From NCBI RefSeq assembly GCF_009914755.1, contig NC_060933.1: a stretch of DNA of 64,000 bases; one strand, given 5' to 3'. The stretch is from the human T2T-CHM13v2.0 reference genome, Homo sapiens. The stretch's first letter is position 1; every line of letters begins with the position of its first letter. The notes beneath the pieces were generated by a model, which saw only the letters and a program-made list of their open reading frames with translations, was not told where the DNA came from and ran no database searches. The translations under genes were made by a program, and so were the position numbers. Below, one piece after another: positions 41,539-57,740 of the stretch.

Positions 41539-43446
41539 ATGGATGCTCTTTGGCCAGTCACAGAACCCGTTGATCCCTCGCTAAGCATATGTGTTATCTC
41601 ATTTAATCTTCACATTGCTCTTATGTTGTGGCTTCCATTATCATCCCAATTTTGCAGATTATAAAACTGAACTTTAGAAAAGTGATTTCATGGCTACATT
41701 AGCAGATGGCATAGCAGGAATGGAGGCAGAAAACTGGACTGGAGAACTGACTTCTTTCCTCTCCTCCATAACTATATTATTGGTGGTACCCATGAGCATT
41801 TCAGCAGGAGCAATCAGGAATGTTTGGTTTCCCACAACACTCCTCTTCCTCAACACAGATGAAGCAGTGATGACTATTCAGAGAAGCATATGGCACTGGG
41901 AATTGACCTTTGAATAGCTATTTCCAGAAGGTCGACCTTCTGAAGTTCCTGCCATCATGCAATCTCAGGGAGTCAACAGTTACCTGTCAAGTCGGCCAAG
42001 TGTTTAAAATAGCACTTGACCGATATTTATTGTCACCCGAAAACAGGGATTAATAATAGAAACTATCCCACAGGCTTGTCGGGAAAACTAAATGAGTTAA
42101 TATGTCTTTTATATTACCCCCAGAAAGCAAGCAGTCAGAAGTCACCCCATAAAACACCTTCCACCCTCTGAGCATGACCAGCAAAGCGGTTTCTTCTTGC
42201 GGACACTGCATCAGCCCAGCTCAAAGTGCATTCCATTCTGATGAACATCCACAAACAGTTATGAAGAAGACCCAAATGTCATGATTTTGTTCCTCTCAGA
42301 TAATAAAAATATCATGATTCTGAAGGAGTGTTGGTGGGTGTTCAAGTCAATTCAGTTACAAGCATACGCCTTACCCCAGTTCTCGTGGCTTCATCCTGAA
42401 TTAGAGTTGTCCCCTGTCATCTGGAATATATTTCCCATTTAAACACATTACTCTCACTCCTTCTACAGCTGTCCCAGGGTCAGTGCTTGATTTCTCAGAG
42501 ATTTTGTTATGTGAATCAGTCCAAAGTGTGTTACAGCAAGACTAAGTCATCATGAGTCACATGATCCACACATTTCCTATTTGTATCTTTGCTTGGTTGA
42601 GTGTGTTGTGGGGGGTTAGAATATATTTTGGTCTGCTTTAACCTTTGTGTTCAAATTCACTCTTAGGTTGAAAGAAAAATATAAACTCAAATTTAAAGAA
42701 TAGCCTTCTTGTAAAAGACAAGCTTGGCTATGACTAAGCAGTTGTTACTTGATGAGCGAGAGAAGCCCCTTCTTGGGTAATTGGGGCTGCAGGAATGGAG
42801 TGACCGTTTCCCCATCAGCATCCCCTCTGGGTCCTTCAGGTCTGAGCTAGAAGAGCAAGGGCCAGCGTCCCCCAGCACATAGTTGTCTTGATGCCACAGA
42901 CAAAATAATTTAATTCATGTATGCGTCCTCATAAATCTGACAAATGTTTAGAAAATGGAAGCTTTGAAACGTGCTGAATTTGGGAGAGAAAGGTGTGCCT
43001 TTTACAGGACCATCAGGTCATCGCTGTGACCCGGGAATTTTTACATAGTGAATACAGATTTCCCAGCCCATAAACTGAACTCGGTTACCAAAGCATTTTT
43101 AAAATCTCGATTTACAGTTTTCTTTCTGTGAGTTGGCGGAAAATTTAAACTAGTTAATTCTTGGTATATTCAGGAATTTCAAAAATTTCTCTCTTTTAGG
43201 AGGTACAAGTCCTTTCTTCCCCTTTTTTTCCCCAAGTGGGCAGGCATTTGTGGCACCTAGCATCAGGAAGAAAGTCCTTGCTCAGCCTTTCTCTGTGTTG
43301 TCATATCACACAGTGATAGGATCATAGTTAAAGCTAATATTTATACTTCGCTCTCTATTTTAAGAGCTTTACATAAAAAAATTAATTGAGGAGTAGGTTA
43401 TTAATAATTCATTAACTCCTCACAATGACTCTGTGCTACTATTACA

Positions 43447-43752
43447 CTAGTCCCCTCTTATCCAAGGGGGTCAGCTTCAAGAACCCAAGTGGATGTCTGA
43501 AACTGCAGATAGAATAAAACATTGTTTTTTCCTATACGTATATACCTATGATAAAGTTTAATTTACCAATTGGGCATGGTAAGAGATCAACAAAAATAAC
43601 TAATACAAAATAGAACAATTATAAGAAAACACTGTAGTAAAATGTATGAGTATGTGATCTCTCTCTCTCTCTCTTTCAAAACGTTTTCAGACCACAGTTC
43701 ACTTCAGGTAACTGAAACCAAGGAAAATGAACCCATGGATAAGGGGGAACTA
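43447..43752. mobile_element. Tigger3a/MER7A-type MITE inserted in a MIR (~43330-43900)
   Basis: TIRs AGTCCCCTCTTATCC / GGATAAGGGGGAACT; TACCTATGATAAAGTTTAATTT core. Confidence 0.8.
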
Positions 43753-44465
43753 TTTTATGAACATCCCCATTTTATAGGTAAGGAAACTGACACAGAGAAA
43801 GGTCAAGTGACCAGAGCCTAAAGTCATAAGGCTCAGAACCGGGGGAACTGAGATATAAATCCTGTTGTCCAGCCGGAGAGTCAGTGCGCTCACACCACAC
43901 TACACTCCCCAGCCCATCATCTTTCTCATTCTTGGCATATTTTTTGTTTGGTTAAAAAGAGGGGAAGGGAAGGGAAAGAAAGAGAAGACTCACCGAGAGG
44001 TTGATGTTGTTATGAAAGTGATAGACTTCGATCCCACATCTGCCACTCCGCCAATCCACCTCTCCAGCTATGACACCACTTGGAGGCCTGCTCATTTCTT
44101 TCTGTAGACTTTATCTGTAAACATTTTTTTTCTTAAAAAAACATGATGACTATTTATTGCACTTTCTTTTCTGTCTCACATCTGCTTCTCACTATCTTTG
44201 AATTCGGGGGACTTCAGGTGACAGTTGATTCATTGCTAGTCCTTAGTTTAAAGAGAAGGAGACTCTTGCAGACCATCGAAGCACCTGATGTCACAGTGCC
44301 CAAACTCCCATAGAATGTAAATTCTCCAATGCCAGTTTCCTTTCTCTATAAGTCAGTAGAAAAATGGACAGAGTCTGAACATGATATTCAATGAGGAAAT
44401 AGAGATGATTTTTAAATACATAAAATTAATGCTCAATCTTACTAATTAAAAGAAGTACCAGTTTA

Positions 44466-44713
44466 TGTGGTTTCCTAGGGCTGCCATGATAAATTGCCAC
44501 AAACTGGTAGCTTACAACAACAGATACTTACAGTCTCACAGTTCGGGAGCACTGAGGTCCCAAGTGGAACTGTCAGTAGGGCCATGCTTCCTGTGGAACT
44601 GGGTGGACTCCTTCCTTGACTCTTCCTAGCTTTTGGCAGTGGCCACCAATCCTTGTTCCTTGGCTTGCAGCTGCATCACTCTGGTCTCTGCCCTGTCCTC
44701 AGGTACTTTCCCT

Positions 44714-44759
<46 letters not shown>

Positions 44760-44980
44760 GGGGTGGGGGAACACGTGTGCACTAAACCTCTATTATTTTT
44801 TGTATTTTCCACCTCTTCTTATAAGGACACTAGTCACATTCAATAAGGGCTCACCTTATTTACCTCACCTTAACTTGATTACATCAGCAAATATCCTATT
44901 TCCAAATAAGGTCACACGCACAGGTACATGAGGATAGGACTCGAAACTATCTTTTTGGGGAACATAATTCAGCCCATAAT
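44466..44980 (-). mobile_element. MLT1C-type LTR with internal (TG)n at 44716-44757
   Basis: GTTTCCTAGGGCTGCC...CACAAACTGG; TTCCAAATAAGGTCAC. Confidence 0.85.
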
Positions 44981-45154
44981 ATATGTTATTTTTGTCCATC
45001 AAACTGAAAATGTAAAAAAGTTTGGCTAAGTATAGGAAATGCATATACATATACACTGAAAACTAGACAATAAAATGACCGAGCAATGTGAAAAAATAAA
45101 ATGTATATATACCATATTACCTAGTAATCACATGGTAATCTATTTCTTCTCCTA

Positions 45155-45559
<405 letters not shown>

Positions 45560-46061
45560 TTTAGATGTTGATAAGTAGAAAATGTATTAAAACATTAAGG
45601 CACAGTCTTAAAATTATACAAACATATTATTATTATAAAGAATGTGTGATGTAGATACACATGTATGACTTGAAAATAAGTTTTGATATATCACTATGAT
45701 AGAATAGCAAATTATAGAAAAACATGTATGTTCAAACCTGCATGAATTGTAAATAAATTTTTTTTAATAACTATGTTTTTATTCTGTAAGGATACACATC
45801 AATCTTTTAATAGCAGTTAACTCTGTAAAGTAGAATTCAATTGAGAGGAAGAACTTTGACATTTTACTCTGTATACTCCTGTAAGATTTTACTTTATTAT
45901 TTTCTGAAAAAGGGTACAGTCTTCCTAACTCCTAATTGCAATCCACTTTGAGCCAGGCCCAGACAAACCCATCCAATGTTGTTACCCATGGAAAAGCAAT
46001 TGGTTGATGGTGATGCTTCAGAATATTCCTGATCCTCCCAGAAGAGCATGGCATGCAGATA

Positions 46062-47062
46062 CTGGAACTCAGAACACAATATCCCAAAGTATGTCACCTT
46101 AGGCCGCTGAGTATTTTGAACTCAAGGAAATTGAAAGGGACTTAGAAGCAAGTAATTTCCTCTGAACTTCTCCTGCCCTTCTTTCTCCTTTCCCCACTTC
46201 TCCTCCAAAGCAGGTTATGAAAACTAGAACTCCCCTGAAGCAAGCCATAAAAACTAGAAATGTAACTCTCCGGCCTTCTTTCTTTTCTCCTGCTATGGTT
46301 TGAATGTGTCCCTCCACGTTCACGTGTTGAAAACTTGACCCCCATTATGGTGGTGTTGGGAGGTGGGGTCTAATGAGAGGTATTTGAGTCATGGGTGCAC
46401 TGCCTCCATGAATAGATTAATGCCATTATCGGGGAGTGAGCTTGCTGTCACAGGAGTGGGTTCCTTATAAAAGAATGAGTTTGGCCCTCCTTTCTCTCTC
46501 TCTCTCACCCTCTTTTGTCCTTCCACCTTGTGATGACACAGCAAGAAGGCCCTTGACAGATGCTGGCCTCTTGATTTTGGACTTCCCAACCTCCAGAACC
46601 ATGAAAAATAAATTTCTGTTCATTATAAATTACCCAGTCTCCAGTATTCTTTTGTAGATGCACAAAACTAAGACATTCCCTGAAAGCCTTCATGTGAAAG
46701 GTATCCTGCCCTACACTAGGAGGAAGGAATGCTACATAAAGAGGCTAAGAAGAACCTGAACAAACAGGCTTTGCTGGATCAGTTTATGACCATAAAATTA
46801 CACCCCTTTTTGCCCCTCAGTTTATGACCATAAAATTACACCTCTTTTTGTTAAATCACATTTCTACATGGCTGTCCATTCTTTAATGAACCTACAAAAA
46901 CACACAGTTTTCCCAGGGTCTTTGGGTCTTCATGTCACATAAAACTTTGATTAAATAAATTTGTCATACATTTCTCTTGTTAATCTGTCTTTCGTTATAG
47001 GAGTATCAGTCATGGTCTGTGAAATGGGTGAGGAAAAGGTATTACACCTTTTTGTCCCTACA
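46062..47062 (+). mobile_element. MER31 LTR interrupted by an MST LTR
   Basis: CTCAGAACACAATATCCCAAAGTATG start; ends TTTGTCCCTACA; 34-bp internal duplication at 46779-46850. Confidence 0.8.
46291..46675 (+). mobile_element. MSTC/D MaLR solo LTR
   Basis: TGCTATGGTTTGAATGTGTCCC...CTAAGACA. Confidence 0.85.
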
Positions 47063-49463
47063 CAGCTATGTTCTCCCAAGCCACCTTGTAAAACCAGATG
47101 TTAGGATGGATGCACCTCTAGATCATTGTCAGGACTGGGCCTCTAATAAAATACTGAAATATTCTAGTGCTGGAAAATAAGATTGTGTCCAATAAAAGCT
47201 GGAAATAGAATGGTGCGATGGAGAGGAGGGCAGAAACTGAGAGTGTGAGCATTCTCATTGCTCAGTAATTGAGAGTAAACAAGGATAGGAGCAGCCAGAG
47301 GAGTGGGATGGACAAGCCCTGGGGGTGACCACTTTCAGACTCTCTTCATTTGTATGACACTGTTTAGCCCAAGTGTTCCTGTGTATGATTGCTGCTGTTC
47401 CACTGGTCCTAAGCTGTGGGACATTTTGGATTCTGCAAATCACTCAGGATGGCCATATGGCACCCTAAATCTAATTGCCTGGGATGGGGCATATCACAGT
47501 GATAGCACACCTATCAAGCCAGTAAACTGTCCTATTTCTGCAACACAAACAGGTTGATTTCCTGATCATAATAGCTGCTATTTCTTAAAGTTTCTCCTAG
47601 ACATATTCTGTGGTCTTGGTTTGCTGCCACGTGTCACACTGAGGTCTCTGTATTGTAAAGATCACAGAGCTAGTACTCAAATGCACAGAGCCTGCTGACA
47701 TTAGTCATCTGAATAGCCATTTGGGCAAAGTGGAAAAACACTGGGCACTGCAGACCATTGAGAAGCATTTCTGCAGAATAGAGACAGCTTGTGAATTTTG
47801 GAGACTTTCCAAAATTTCCTGTTCTGATTTTTTTAAGATGATCTAGTTAAAATTGTATCCTCTACTGGTAACTTATCAGATGCCCAGAGTTTTTTTAAAA
47901 AGAAAATTCTTAATATTCATTTGTTAAATAAAATTCAACAAATCTATCCTTTTGTGATAAGATGTAAGAAATGGGGTAGGCAGTATTCATTTGTGATCAT
48001 TAAAGCATGAACACTTCATGGCTACTTTTGGTCCAAGATATCACTGAAAAATGTGTTAAAAGTAAAGCTAGAATGCAGAAAAGTATTCAAGGTGTCCTTC
48101 AAATAAAAGCTTAAGTTAAATGCTTCCTGGACTTCAAAAAATTATTGATTGGATTTGGGGTTTTAAGCCATCAAGCTCTGCTAGAGGGGGGATTCTGGAC
48201 TCAAACTAGTTTTAACTTTTTAAAAAATCAGCTCAATAAATTATCTCAAAGCAAATATAAAGATAGCCAATATACAGATCAAGAAATAGAACCTTGCTAG
48301 CACCTAAAAGTGGCCTTGAACTCTTTCCTAAGCACAAATGTTTTCTTCTCTTCAAAGGTAAACAATACTGTAGCATACTTCTTTCTGTTTTTGAACTTTA
48401 TAAATAGAATAACGTAATATATATTTTTTCATATCTGGCCTCCTGTTTCCGTGTGTTTGTGAGATGTATCACGTTGTTACTCGTACTTGGTTCAATTTAC
48501 TAATATATAGTTTCCATTGTATGAACAGCCTATAATTTCCTTATTCATTCCACATTTGAAAGGAACTTGGGTTGTTTTCTGTGTGATGAGATATGAGTTA
48601 CCTTTCTTAGGTGAGAAAGCTTTCCTTATAAAAATTATTTTTTCATATTGAGTTTAAAGAACATTTTCCTTAATACATACAATGAAGTGTCTGAGAATAT
48701 GAATATACGTTTAACGGGCTACAATTAAAATGACAGAGGTGTAATATGTTAACATAAGTGCTTAGCATTCTATTTACAATTCATACTCCAAATTTAACTT
48801 TAGGATGATCACCTGATGTATAAAATACTTATATACCAAGAATGCATCTAAAATTAATATGACAATTATTGAGGGAAGAGTTCCAAATAATCAAATATCA
48901 TCTTCTGAGTAATCAATTTGCTAGCTTATTTAGGAACTTTTGAAGTATTGGTTTCTCTGCTTGTAAAATGGCCAACAGTCCTAGATCAGATATAAGATGT
49001 TTTTACTTTTTTTCAGTTAATTGGCTTCTAGTGATCCAATCCCGAGCCGTTGAAGGAATTATAAATTGGTTCAAGGTTTCAAAGTAGAGTTTGGCAACAT
49101 GTCCCAAAGCTTAAAATTTTGCAATTTATTGGCCCCCAAATTCAGCTTTCAGAAATGCATGTGGAGAAGAATCATTAAGAGTTATTTGTAATAGCAGAGA
49201 CAACCTTAAATCACATAATCATTAGGTATAATCATAAGACAATTAGTTCCTTAATTCATACAACAAATACTCATATGTTAAATTATATACCGAACTGTGC
49301 TATACATTGGGAATTTTGTAGTAATCAAGACTGAAAGGTTCCTGAGATCATCAAGTTTGAAATTTAAAGGGAGATAGATGTTAAGTCAATATTTATCCAA
49401 ATATGTATTTAATGTTAAAAGTTAAGTACTATGTACATACTTTCAACACCTTGGGTTTTCAGA

Positions 49464-49758
<295 letters not shown>

Positions 49759-49776
49759 TTATTTATTTATTTGTCT

Positions 49777-49808
<32 letters not shown>

Positions 49809-49985
49809 CCAGTGATTGTGAGACCCCTCATGCCAGAGTTTAATGTTTTAATTATTTTTAAAAAGTGATTTTGTAGAAGAATGTTAAAGGACAGGAGAAA
49901 ATAGAACTTAAGAGTGCTTTACATCTTTTGGATACCAGTCCTTTATCAGATATATTATTTGTAAATATTTTCTCCCAGTCTGTGG

Positions 49986-50507
49986 TGTCAAGGACTGTGA
50001 AGGGTCTGGTATTTTACCCTGCTGTTGAACAAACAAGTGAGCCTGCCAGTTTCCAAGAAATGGGCAGGAGTTGGCAGCTCCTGGGTTAGAGAAAAGGGAC
50101 TTGATAGCATCACAGCAAGAAGCATGAGCTTCACATTCACATCTGCTTCCATTGCCCACCCCTGACCCAAGACCTATGAGGATGTAGCAAGGCCCAGGGA
50201 GGCCCTACAGACAAGGTGGGTTGATGTCACAGGTGAGAAACTCCAAGCTTAGGAAACGCGAGATATTTAAAGGGGGCTGGCTAGCAAGCCTACCCAACCT
50301 TTCCCCTCGCCCCTCCAAAAGACAATATCTTTATTATACCGGTCAGGAAAAAAAGTAACCCAAACCCACAGGGAGCCATTATCTCTACCTCCCAAGGCTT
50401 TTTGCTGCGTAAATATCTTTGATGAGATGGTTCAGAACAAAAGTGGTGAATGCATTTGCTTGGAACACCTGCAGAAACATGAGAGACCCAAAGAAAATTG
50501 CCTTAAT
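49986..50507 (-). mobile_element. ERVL-class solo LTR (MER76-like)
   Basis: TGTCAAGGACTGTGAAGGGTCTG...ATTTTACCCT start; interrupts the L1. Confidence 0.55.
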
Positions 50508-50640
50508 ATATTACTTGTCTTTTTTTATTCTCTTAGCAGTGTCTTTTGAAGAACAGAAAATTATTTTTTAATGAAGTGCAATTTATCAATTTGATTTTTT
50601 ATAGATCATGTTTACAGTGATACCTAAAATATTTCTGGGT

Positions 50641-50959
<319 letters not shown>

Positions 50960-52263
50960 TGATATCTAAAATATTTCTACCTAATCCAAAGTCTCAAAGA
51001 TTTTGTCTATGCTTTCTTCTAAAAGTTTTATAGTTTTAGGTTTTACATTAACATTTATAATTCATTTTAAGTTATTTTTGTATGTGTTTGGTATGAGATA
51101 AGGATCAAATTTCACATATGCATACCTAATTGTTCTGGCATCACTTTTTGAAAGACTATCTTTTCCACTGACTTGACTGCCTATTTGTAAAAATGAATCC
51201 TAAAAAATCAATGGCCTATAAATGTGTAGGTCCATTTCTGTACTCTATTCTGCTCCATTGATTTGATAGGTTCCACTGAGGTATCCTGATGCCAATTCCA
51301 CATTATTTTGAATATGGTAGCTTTATAAAGGTATTAGAATCAGGTACTGGTATTCCTCCAATTTTATCCTTCTTTTTCAAAGCAGTTTTAGCTATCCTAG
51401 GTCCTTTACATTTCCATATGTATTAAATTATACAATCAGCTTGCTATTTTCTATTAAAAACTTTCTGGGATTTTGACTGGGATTGTGTTGAACCCATAAA
51501 TCAATTTGGGGAGAATTAATATCTTAACAACTTTGAGTCATCTGACCCATGAACACAGTATATCTCTACATTTATTTAATTTTTCCCTAGTAATGTTTTA
51601 TGGTTTTCAGGGTACAAGTCTTACATATCTTTTGTCAGATTCATCATTAAGTTTTTAATAGTTTGTGTTTCTATTTCTATTTCTTTCCCTATCTTTGTAC
51701 TTTCAACCTTTCTGAGCCTTTTTACTTGTATGCAGTGTTGTATTTTTAAAATCTCATTTGACAGTGTTTTCCTTTTAATTGGAGTATATAGTACATTTAT
51801 ATTTGTATTCAGACAACTCAGACACAGCTTCCCACGTCCCCAGTCATGCATGGAACACTTTGCGATCTCAGGGCTAGCAATAAGCTGATGCAAATCAGGT
51901 CTCATCAGCACAGAGAAACTCTTTTGTCTAGGGTCCCTCAGCCTCAATACTCGGCTCGCCATCCAGCACCCATGAGGGTAAGTGACTAACTTCCATTCTG
52001 TGGTATACATAAACATCACAAGTTACAAGTTTCTCAATGAGCAATCTTGACAGCCAAATACATTTTATGGAAGATTCTTGGATCAGTATCTTGTAGGTGG
52101 CAGGCATTGTAGGACTTTCTTCTCTCTTCAAGGATGATGTTCCAAGAAGTTCAAGGTCAATTCTTTAGCCTGGGGGGAGGACTCAGGGACCCATTCCTTC
52201 CTGGAACACCAGCATGAGAATTGAGAGGTGATGAGATAAATAAGATTCATTTTGCTGCCTTGA

Positions 52264-52728
<465 letters not shown>

Positions 52729-53904
52729 TAGACATATAAAAAGATCTTTGAAAATGGTAATCACACTTGTAAGAAATTAAGCATGTTAATTTGACATCTC
52801 CTTTACATTTTTTCCACAAAACAGAAGGACACTGTCTCTGTGGGTTCAGTCTGAAATATTTCTTACCAGTTGGTTTTAGGCCTTGTGTAAAGGAATGCAA
52901 TTTTTAAAATGTTATTCAATCATCTTGAGACATAGCCTTTTCTTTGAGATCTTTCTTTCAATGTGAAAACCTTTGCTATTCTCTTTTCTTAAAAAATCTC
53001 TTGCCCCATCCTCTGTCACATAATAGTAATCTGACCCCTTTTCTTAAGGATATGTCCTGCTTTCTTGTTTTTAGGAAGCAAATAAAAGGCATTAATGAAG
53101 TGCCAACTGGTAGCTAATGAGGCATAGTCTTTGCCTTTTTTTCCTACTATGTAAGTAATTGAAGAACCAAAAGTTATTGGTTGATTGCCAGATTTGTGAA
53201 GCAGTACAGCAAAGTCAAACAACCAGCAAATTTCTGTCAATCATTACAGTGCAGCTAGCAAGGGCTACGTGAAATAGAAAGAACTTGAAGAAATAATAAA
53301 AAGTAAAGTTTAACTTGTCCCAGGCAAATTCCCTACAGGATGCCCTCTCTAAAAGAAGGTTGGCCTTCTGCAGATCAGTGACTGTCAGGTGCCTGAAACC
53401 TGCTATCTCAAAACTTTCTACATTTCTGGCATAAGGCAGTCATTCTGGTTAATGCTGAAGTGAAGAATCAAGACCAAAGGCACCGATTTTCCATGTCACA
53501 CAACTCAAGGCTTAGAACACATGCCTGGGGAGAGAATGGTGCTCTCCTGTTCAATGAATGCTGAAATTGCAGAAGGAGACCACTTTTTCAACAGCATGGA
53601 CTGCTGCTGGGTGCCAGCATCTAATCACTCTGAGGGAGGGGCTGGTGCTTCCCCTAATTGTGTCGCTTAAAGCTCACAAATCAAGGGCTAGTCCCTCTCT
53701 CTCAGAGTCTGATGTCCAGCCATGCTAGACACTCATTCTGTCTCAAAGTGTGATAGGCAACAGGGAGACCACACACCTGCTACCAGTTCCACTCTATGTG
53801 CCATGAGTGAGGACTGCTCATTTGTCCTTGCTTGATAGATAAATTGTATCTGGCAGAGAAGTTCAAATGCTAAGAACATGTGAACCACAAGGCAAAAACT
53901 CACA

Positions 53905-54978
53905 TGCACTACTGGGTATGTATCCAAAGGAAATGGGATCAGTATGTCAGAGACATATCTGCACTCACATGTTTATCACAGCGCTATTCAGAAGAGCCAA
54001 GATACAGAATCCACCTAAGTGTCCTTCAGTTGATGAATGGATAAAGAAAAACATGGTCTACACACAATGGAATACTATTCAGCCATAAAAATGAATGAAA
54101 TCCCGTAATTTGTGGCAACATGGATGAACCTGGAATGACATTATGTTAAGTGAAATGAGCCAGGCACAGAAAGACAAATATTGCATATTCTCACTCACTG
54201 ACCTCACAGAAATAGAGAGTAGAATAGTAAATAGCAGAGGCAGGGAGGTTGGGGAGGATGGAGAGAGGTTGGTCAGTGGGTACAAAGTTACAGTTTGATA
54301 GGAGGAACAGGTTCTGTTGTTCTAGTGCACACTAGGGTGGCTATGGTTAATAATATTGTATTGTATATTTCAAAAAAGCTATGATATGGTTTGGAGGTTT
54401 TGCCCCTCTAAATCTCATGTTGAAATGTGATCCCCAGTGTCGGAGGTGGGGCCTGATGGGAGGTGTTTGGGGAGGTGTGGGGGCAGAGCCTGCATTAATG
54501 GCTTGGTGCCCTCCCCGTGGTAGTGGGCAAGTTCTCTCTCTCTGAGTTCACGTGAGAGCTGGTTGTTTGAAAGAACCTGGCACCTTTCTCCCCCGTCTCT
54601 CTCTTGCTCCCTCTATTGCCATGTGGTATGTCTGCTCCCCTTTCATCTTCCGTCATGATAGCAAGTTTCCTGAGACCTCTCCAGAAACAGATGCTGGCAC
54701 TGTGTTTTGTGTATAGCCTGCAGAACTGCGAGCCGAATAAACCTCTTTTCTTTATAAATTACCCAGTCTCAGGTATTCCTTTATAGCAATGCAAAAATAA
54801 ACTATTACAAGCTAGAAAAGAGGATTTTGAATGTTCTCACCACAAAGAAAGGATAAATGTATGAGATGATGAATAGGCTGAAAACCTTGTGTTGGTCATT
54901 ACACAATGTACACATGTATGGAATTATCACACTGTGGCCCATAAAAATGTAGTTACTGTGTGTTGATTAAAAACAAAA
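53905..54978 (+). mobile_element. L1MA 3' end interrupted by MSTB
   Basis: ORF2 tail relic LLGMYPKE...CPSVDEWIKK; L1MA 3'UTR. Confidence 0.85.
54382..54809 (+). mobile_element. MSTB MaLR solo LTR
   Basis: TGATATGGTTTGG...ACTATTACA with 5-bp TSD AGCTA. Confidence 0.9.
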
Positions 54979-55383
54979 TTAAACATACCTCACATGCCTA
55001 CAGGGTAAGGAAGGTAATAGAGTGGATCCAAAGTAGCAATATGGATTCAACATAAAGTAGAGGGGCCAACTGGAGTATACACACCCTGCCTCTCTGGTCC
55101 CAGCAGACTGCCGTGTAGGCATGGAGGCTCTGTGTTGCCAGATCCTCCAATGCTCAAGAGATACCACAAACCAGATTTTACTTTGACAGAATTACTGTGA
55201 GATCTTCTGGTATTTTTAAATTTCTGAGAGTAAATTAAAATAAAATAAACACATAAACACACACACACAAACCACAAAAGCCCTTTGTAGCCTAACACTA
55301 TGTAAGCTGAATATCACACTCCTGTGGCCCATAGCCTGCTAATGCACAGCCTCTGATATAGATGATAAGTGCTATAAGATTCA

Positions 55384-55742
<359 letters not shown>

Positions 55743-56659
55743 TTAAAAGGCAAATGAGTTGACTATAAAAAAATAATTTATAGAGAGAAATGGTCTATCC
55801 CCAAACTGTTGTCAGGGTGTCTGGAATACTTCAAAGAAACTCTGGGAGATTCAATGGTTATTTTTTGAATGCATGCAGGAAAGAAAAGCTCAGAAGCATC
55901 TAAGCAACCAGAAGAAATATTTTTACCTCCTGGGAAGCCTGAATTGATTGAATGAGAAGTAAATTCTCTTTTGTCTGAGGTCTAGACTTCTGGAGATACC
56001 TCCTTTTTTTTTTTCTTTTTTCCGTTATCTTTGTTTAAATCAAGGATGTACTTTATCGGCAAAGCTTAATCACAGTTAAATAATATCCTAGTTAAGTTGA
56101 CCAGGTTCCACTCTAGAGCAATTTCTGGAAATGATAGGATAAGCCCATTTTGCAAGATTACTGATTGGCAGTTAATGGAGCTCTCACACTTTTATTTTAG
56201 AGGGTAGTTAAAGAAGGCTACCTGTAGTAGCTTTTACTGAGGGCTTGCCACGTGTGAGCACCTGCTAAGTATTTAGAAAATATTGCATGGTCTTATAAAT
56301 GTGTATTACTCAATTTACCCAGTGAGGTCACATAGTTAGTTAGTTGTGGGGTTGGGATTCAAGCCCAGATTTACCTGACTTCTAAGACTATCTCTAAACC
56401 AGCATACATATACCATTCTTTCCAGTCATTGCTTAGGGAAGAGATCTCATTTTCCTTCTAAATATACTCAGATTTGTAGAAGTTAAGTGAATTTCTCAAG
56501 AACGGAAATCTAGTAAGTTGCAGACTTATAATAAGACAGACAGTTCAGGCTTCTGACTTCCAGTCCTGAACACTTCCCCCATGTGATTATCTTATTTATC
56601 TCTAAGTCAGGAGAATGTTAATTACTTTAAGACTAAGATGGAAATCCCCCATGAACCTG

Positions 56660-57740
56660 GAAACTCAAATAGCAGAATGGATGAGGCTCTGCAGGGTCTC
56701 AGCAACTCAGCAACACAGACTTCCCCTCACCAAGGCTGATACGGCCATTGCTACTGCTGAGCTGCTGAGCGCCAGCCTGCCCATAACAGAAGTGAACACT
56801 AAGCTTCCTGAAGTGGCCGTATTCCCCAAGGGGACCAAGTGGCAGGTTTATTATGTAGGATCTTTTTCATCAAAGAGAGAAAAGCAACTCTCTTAAAGGA
56901 ATAGAGAAATATTCCAGATGTAGATTTGCCTTTTCCATCATTCTTCCATTTATAGTTATTTTATTCATGAATATGATATCCTACACAATCCTACTACTGA
57001 TTATAGAACTAATTATATGGTGAAGGGATGTGGGCTTTCACCACAGAATTCAGAAATCTCATGCGTTTCATCATACAGAAGCAGCTCACTCCATAGAACA
57101 AGAAATAGAACAGCCTGCTAAAGGCTCAGCCATGATGTCAGCTGGGAGACAATAAATACCCATCAATATTTGGCACTATTTCTCTCACACTCAGAATACG
57201 TGGTTCCTGGAATCAAGGAGTCTAGTTGAGAGTAGCCCCTTTTTACACCAAATAAGCCATTTACAAGATTTTTGCTTTTGAGGCCTCAAACATTGAGCTT
57301 AGTGACTTTGGAGGGCCAAGTTTTCAAGGCAGGATTGCTTCCACTTGGGAACCAAATCATGATTTCATCAAACTGGAAGCTGAGACCGTCAGTCCTAAGA
57401 CTATCCCTTGACCAGTTTGGGATCCTCATGGTTCTGAACCAACAGGTAAGGAAGGCAGTTGCTCTAGTGATTCAGGTAGTTAAACACAGTTATAAAAAGG
57501 AAGTGGGATTATTGCTTCCTAATTGGAGCCAGGAGGACTATCCTGCTACTTGTCCTCTCAGGAGTCTCAGCTTCATAGTCAATGGAAAACTGTGATAACC
57601 CAATAGACAAGACTGCAAGGAATGAAGGGTTGAGTCACCCTTTCAGCAACCTACCAAGTAGGCCCTAGCAGAGTAAGAACATGCAATGAGTAGAGGAATT
57701 AGTAAGATGTGGTTATCAATTTAGGCCTAATGACCAACTA
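56660..57740 (+). mobile_element. ERVL internal relic (integrase and downstream dUTPase-like region), disrupted
   Basis: QQHRLPLTKADTAIATAE...WQVYYVG resembles ERVL integrase (QQHGLPLTKADLATATAEC...WQVDYIG). NWKLR...FGILMVLNQQ...YKKEVGLLL resembles ERVL dUTPase. Confidence 0.8.

Noticed and set aside
41700-41716. CTCF-like motif TAGCAGATGGCA
   Set aside because: Lacks the key 5' CC and lies in a MIR; not supportable from sequence alone.
41992-42023. Faint resemblance to a tracrRNA/sgRNA scaffold (GTTTAAAATAGC...ACTTGA)
   Set aside because: Only short scattered words match; coincidental.
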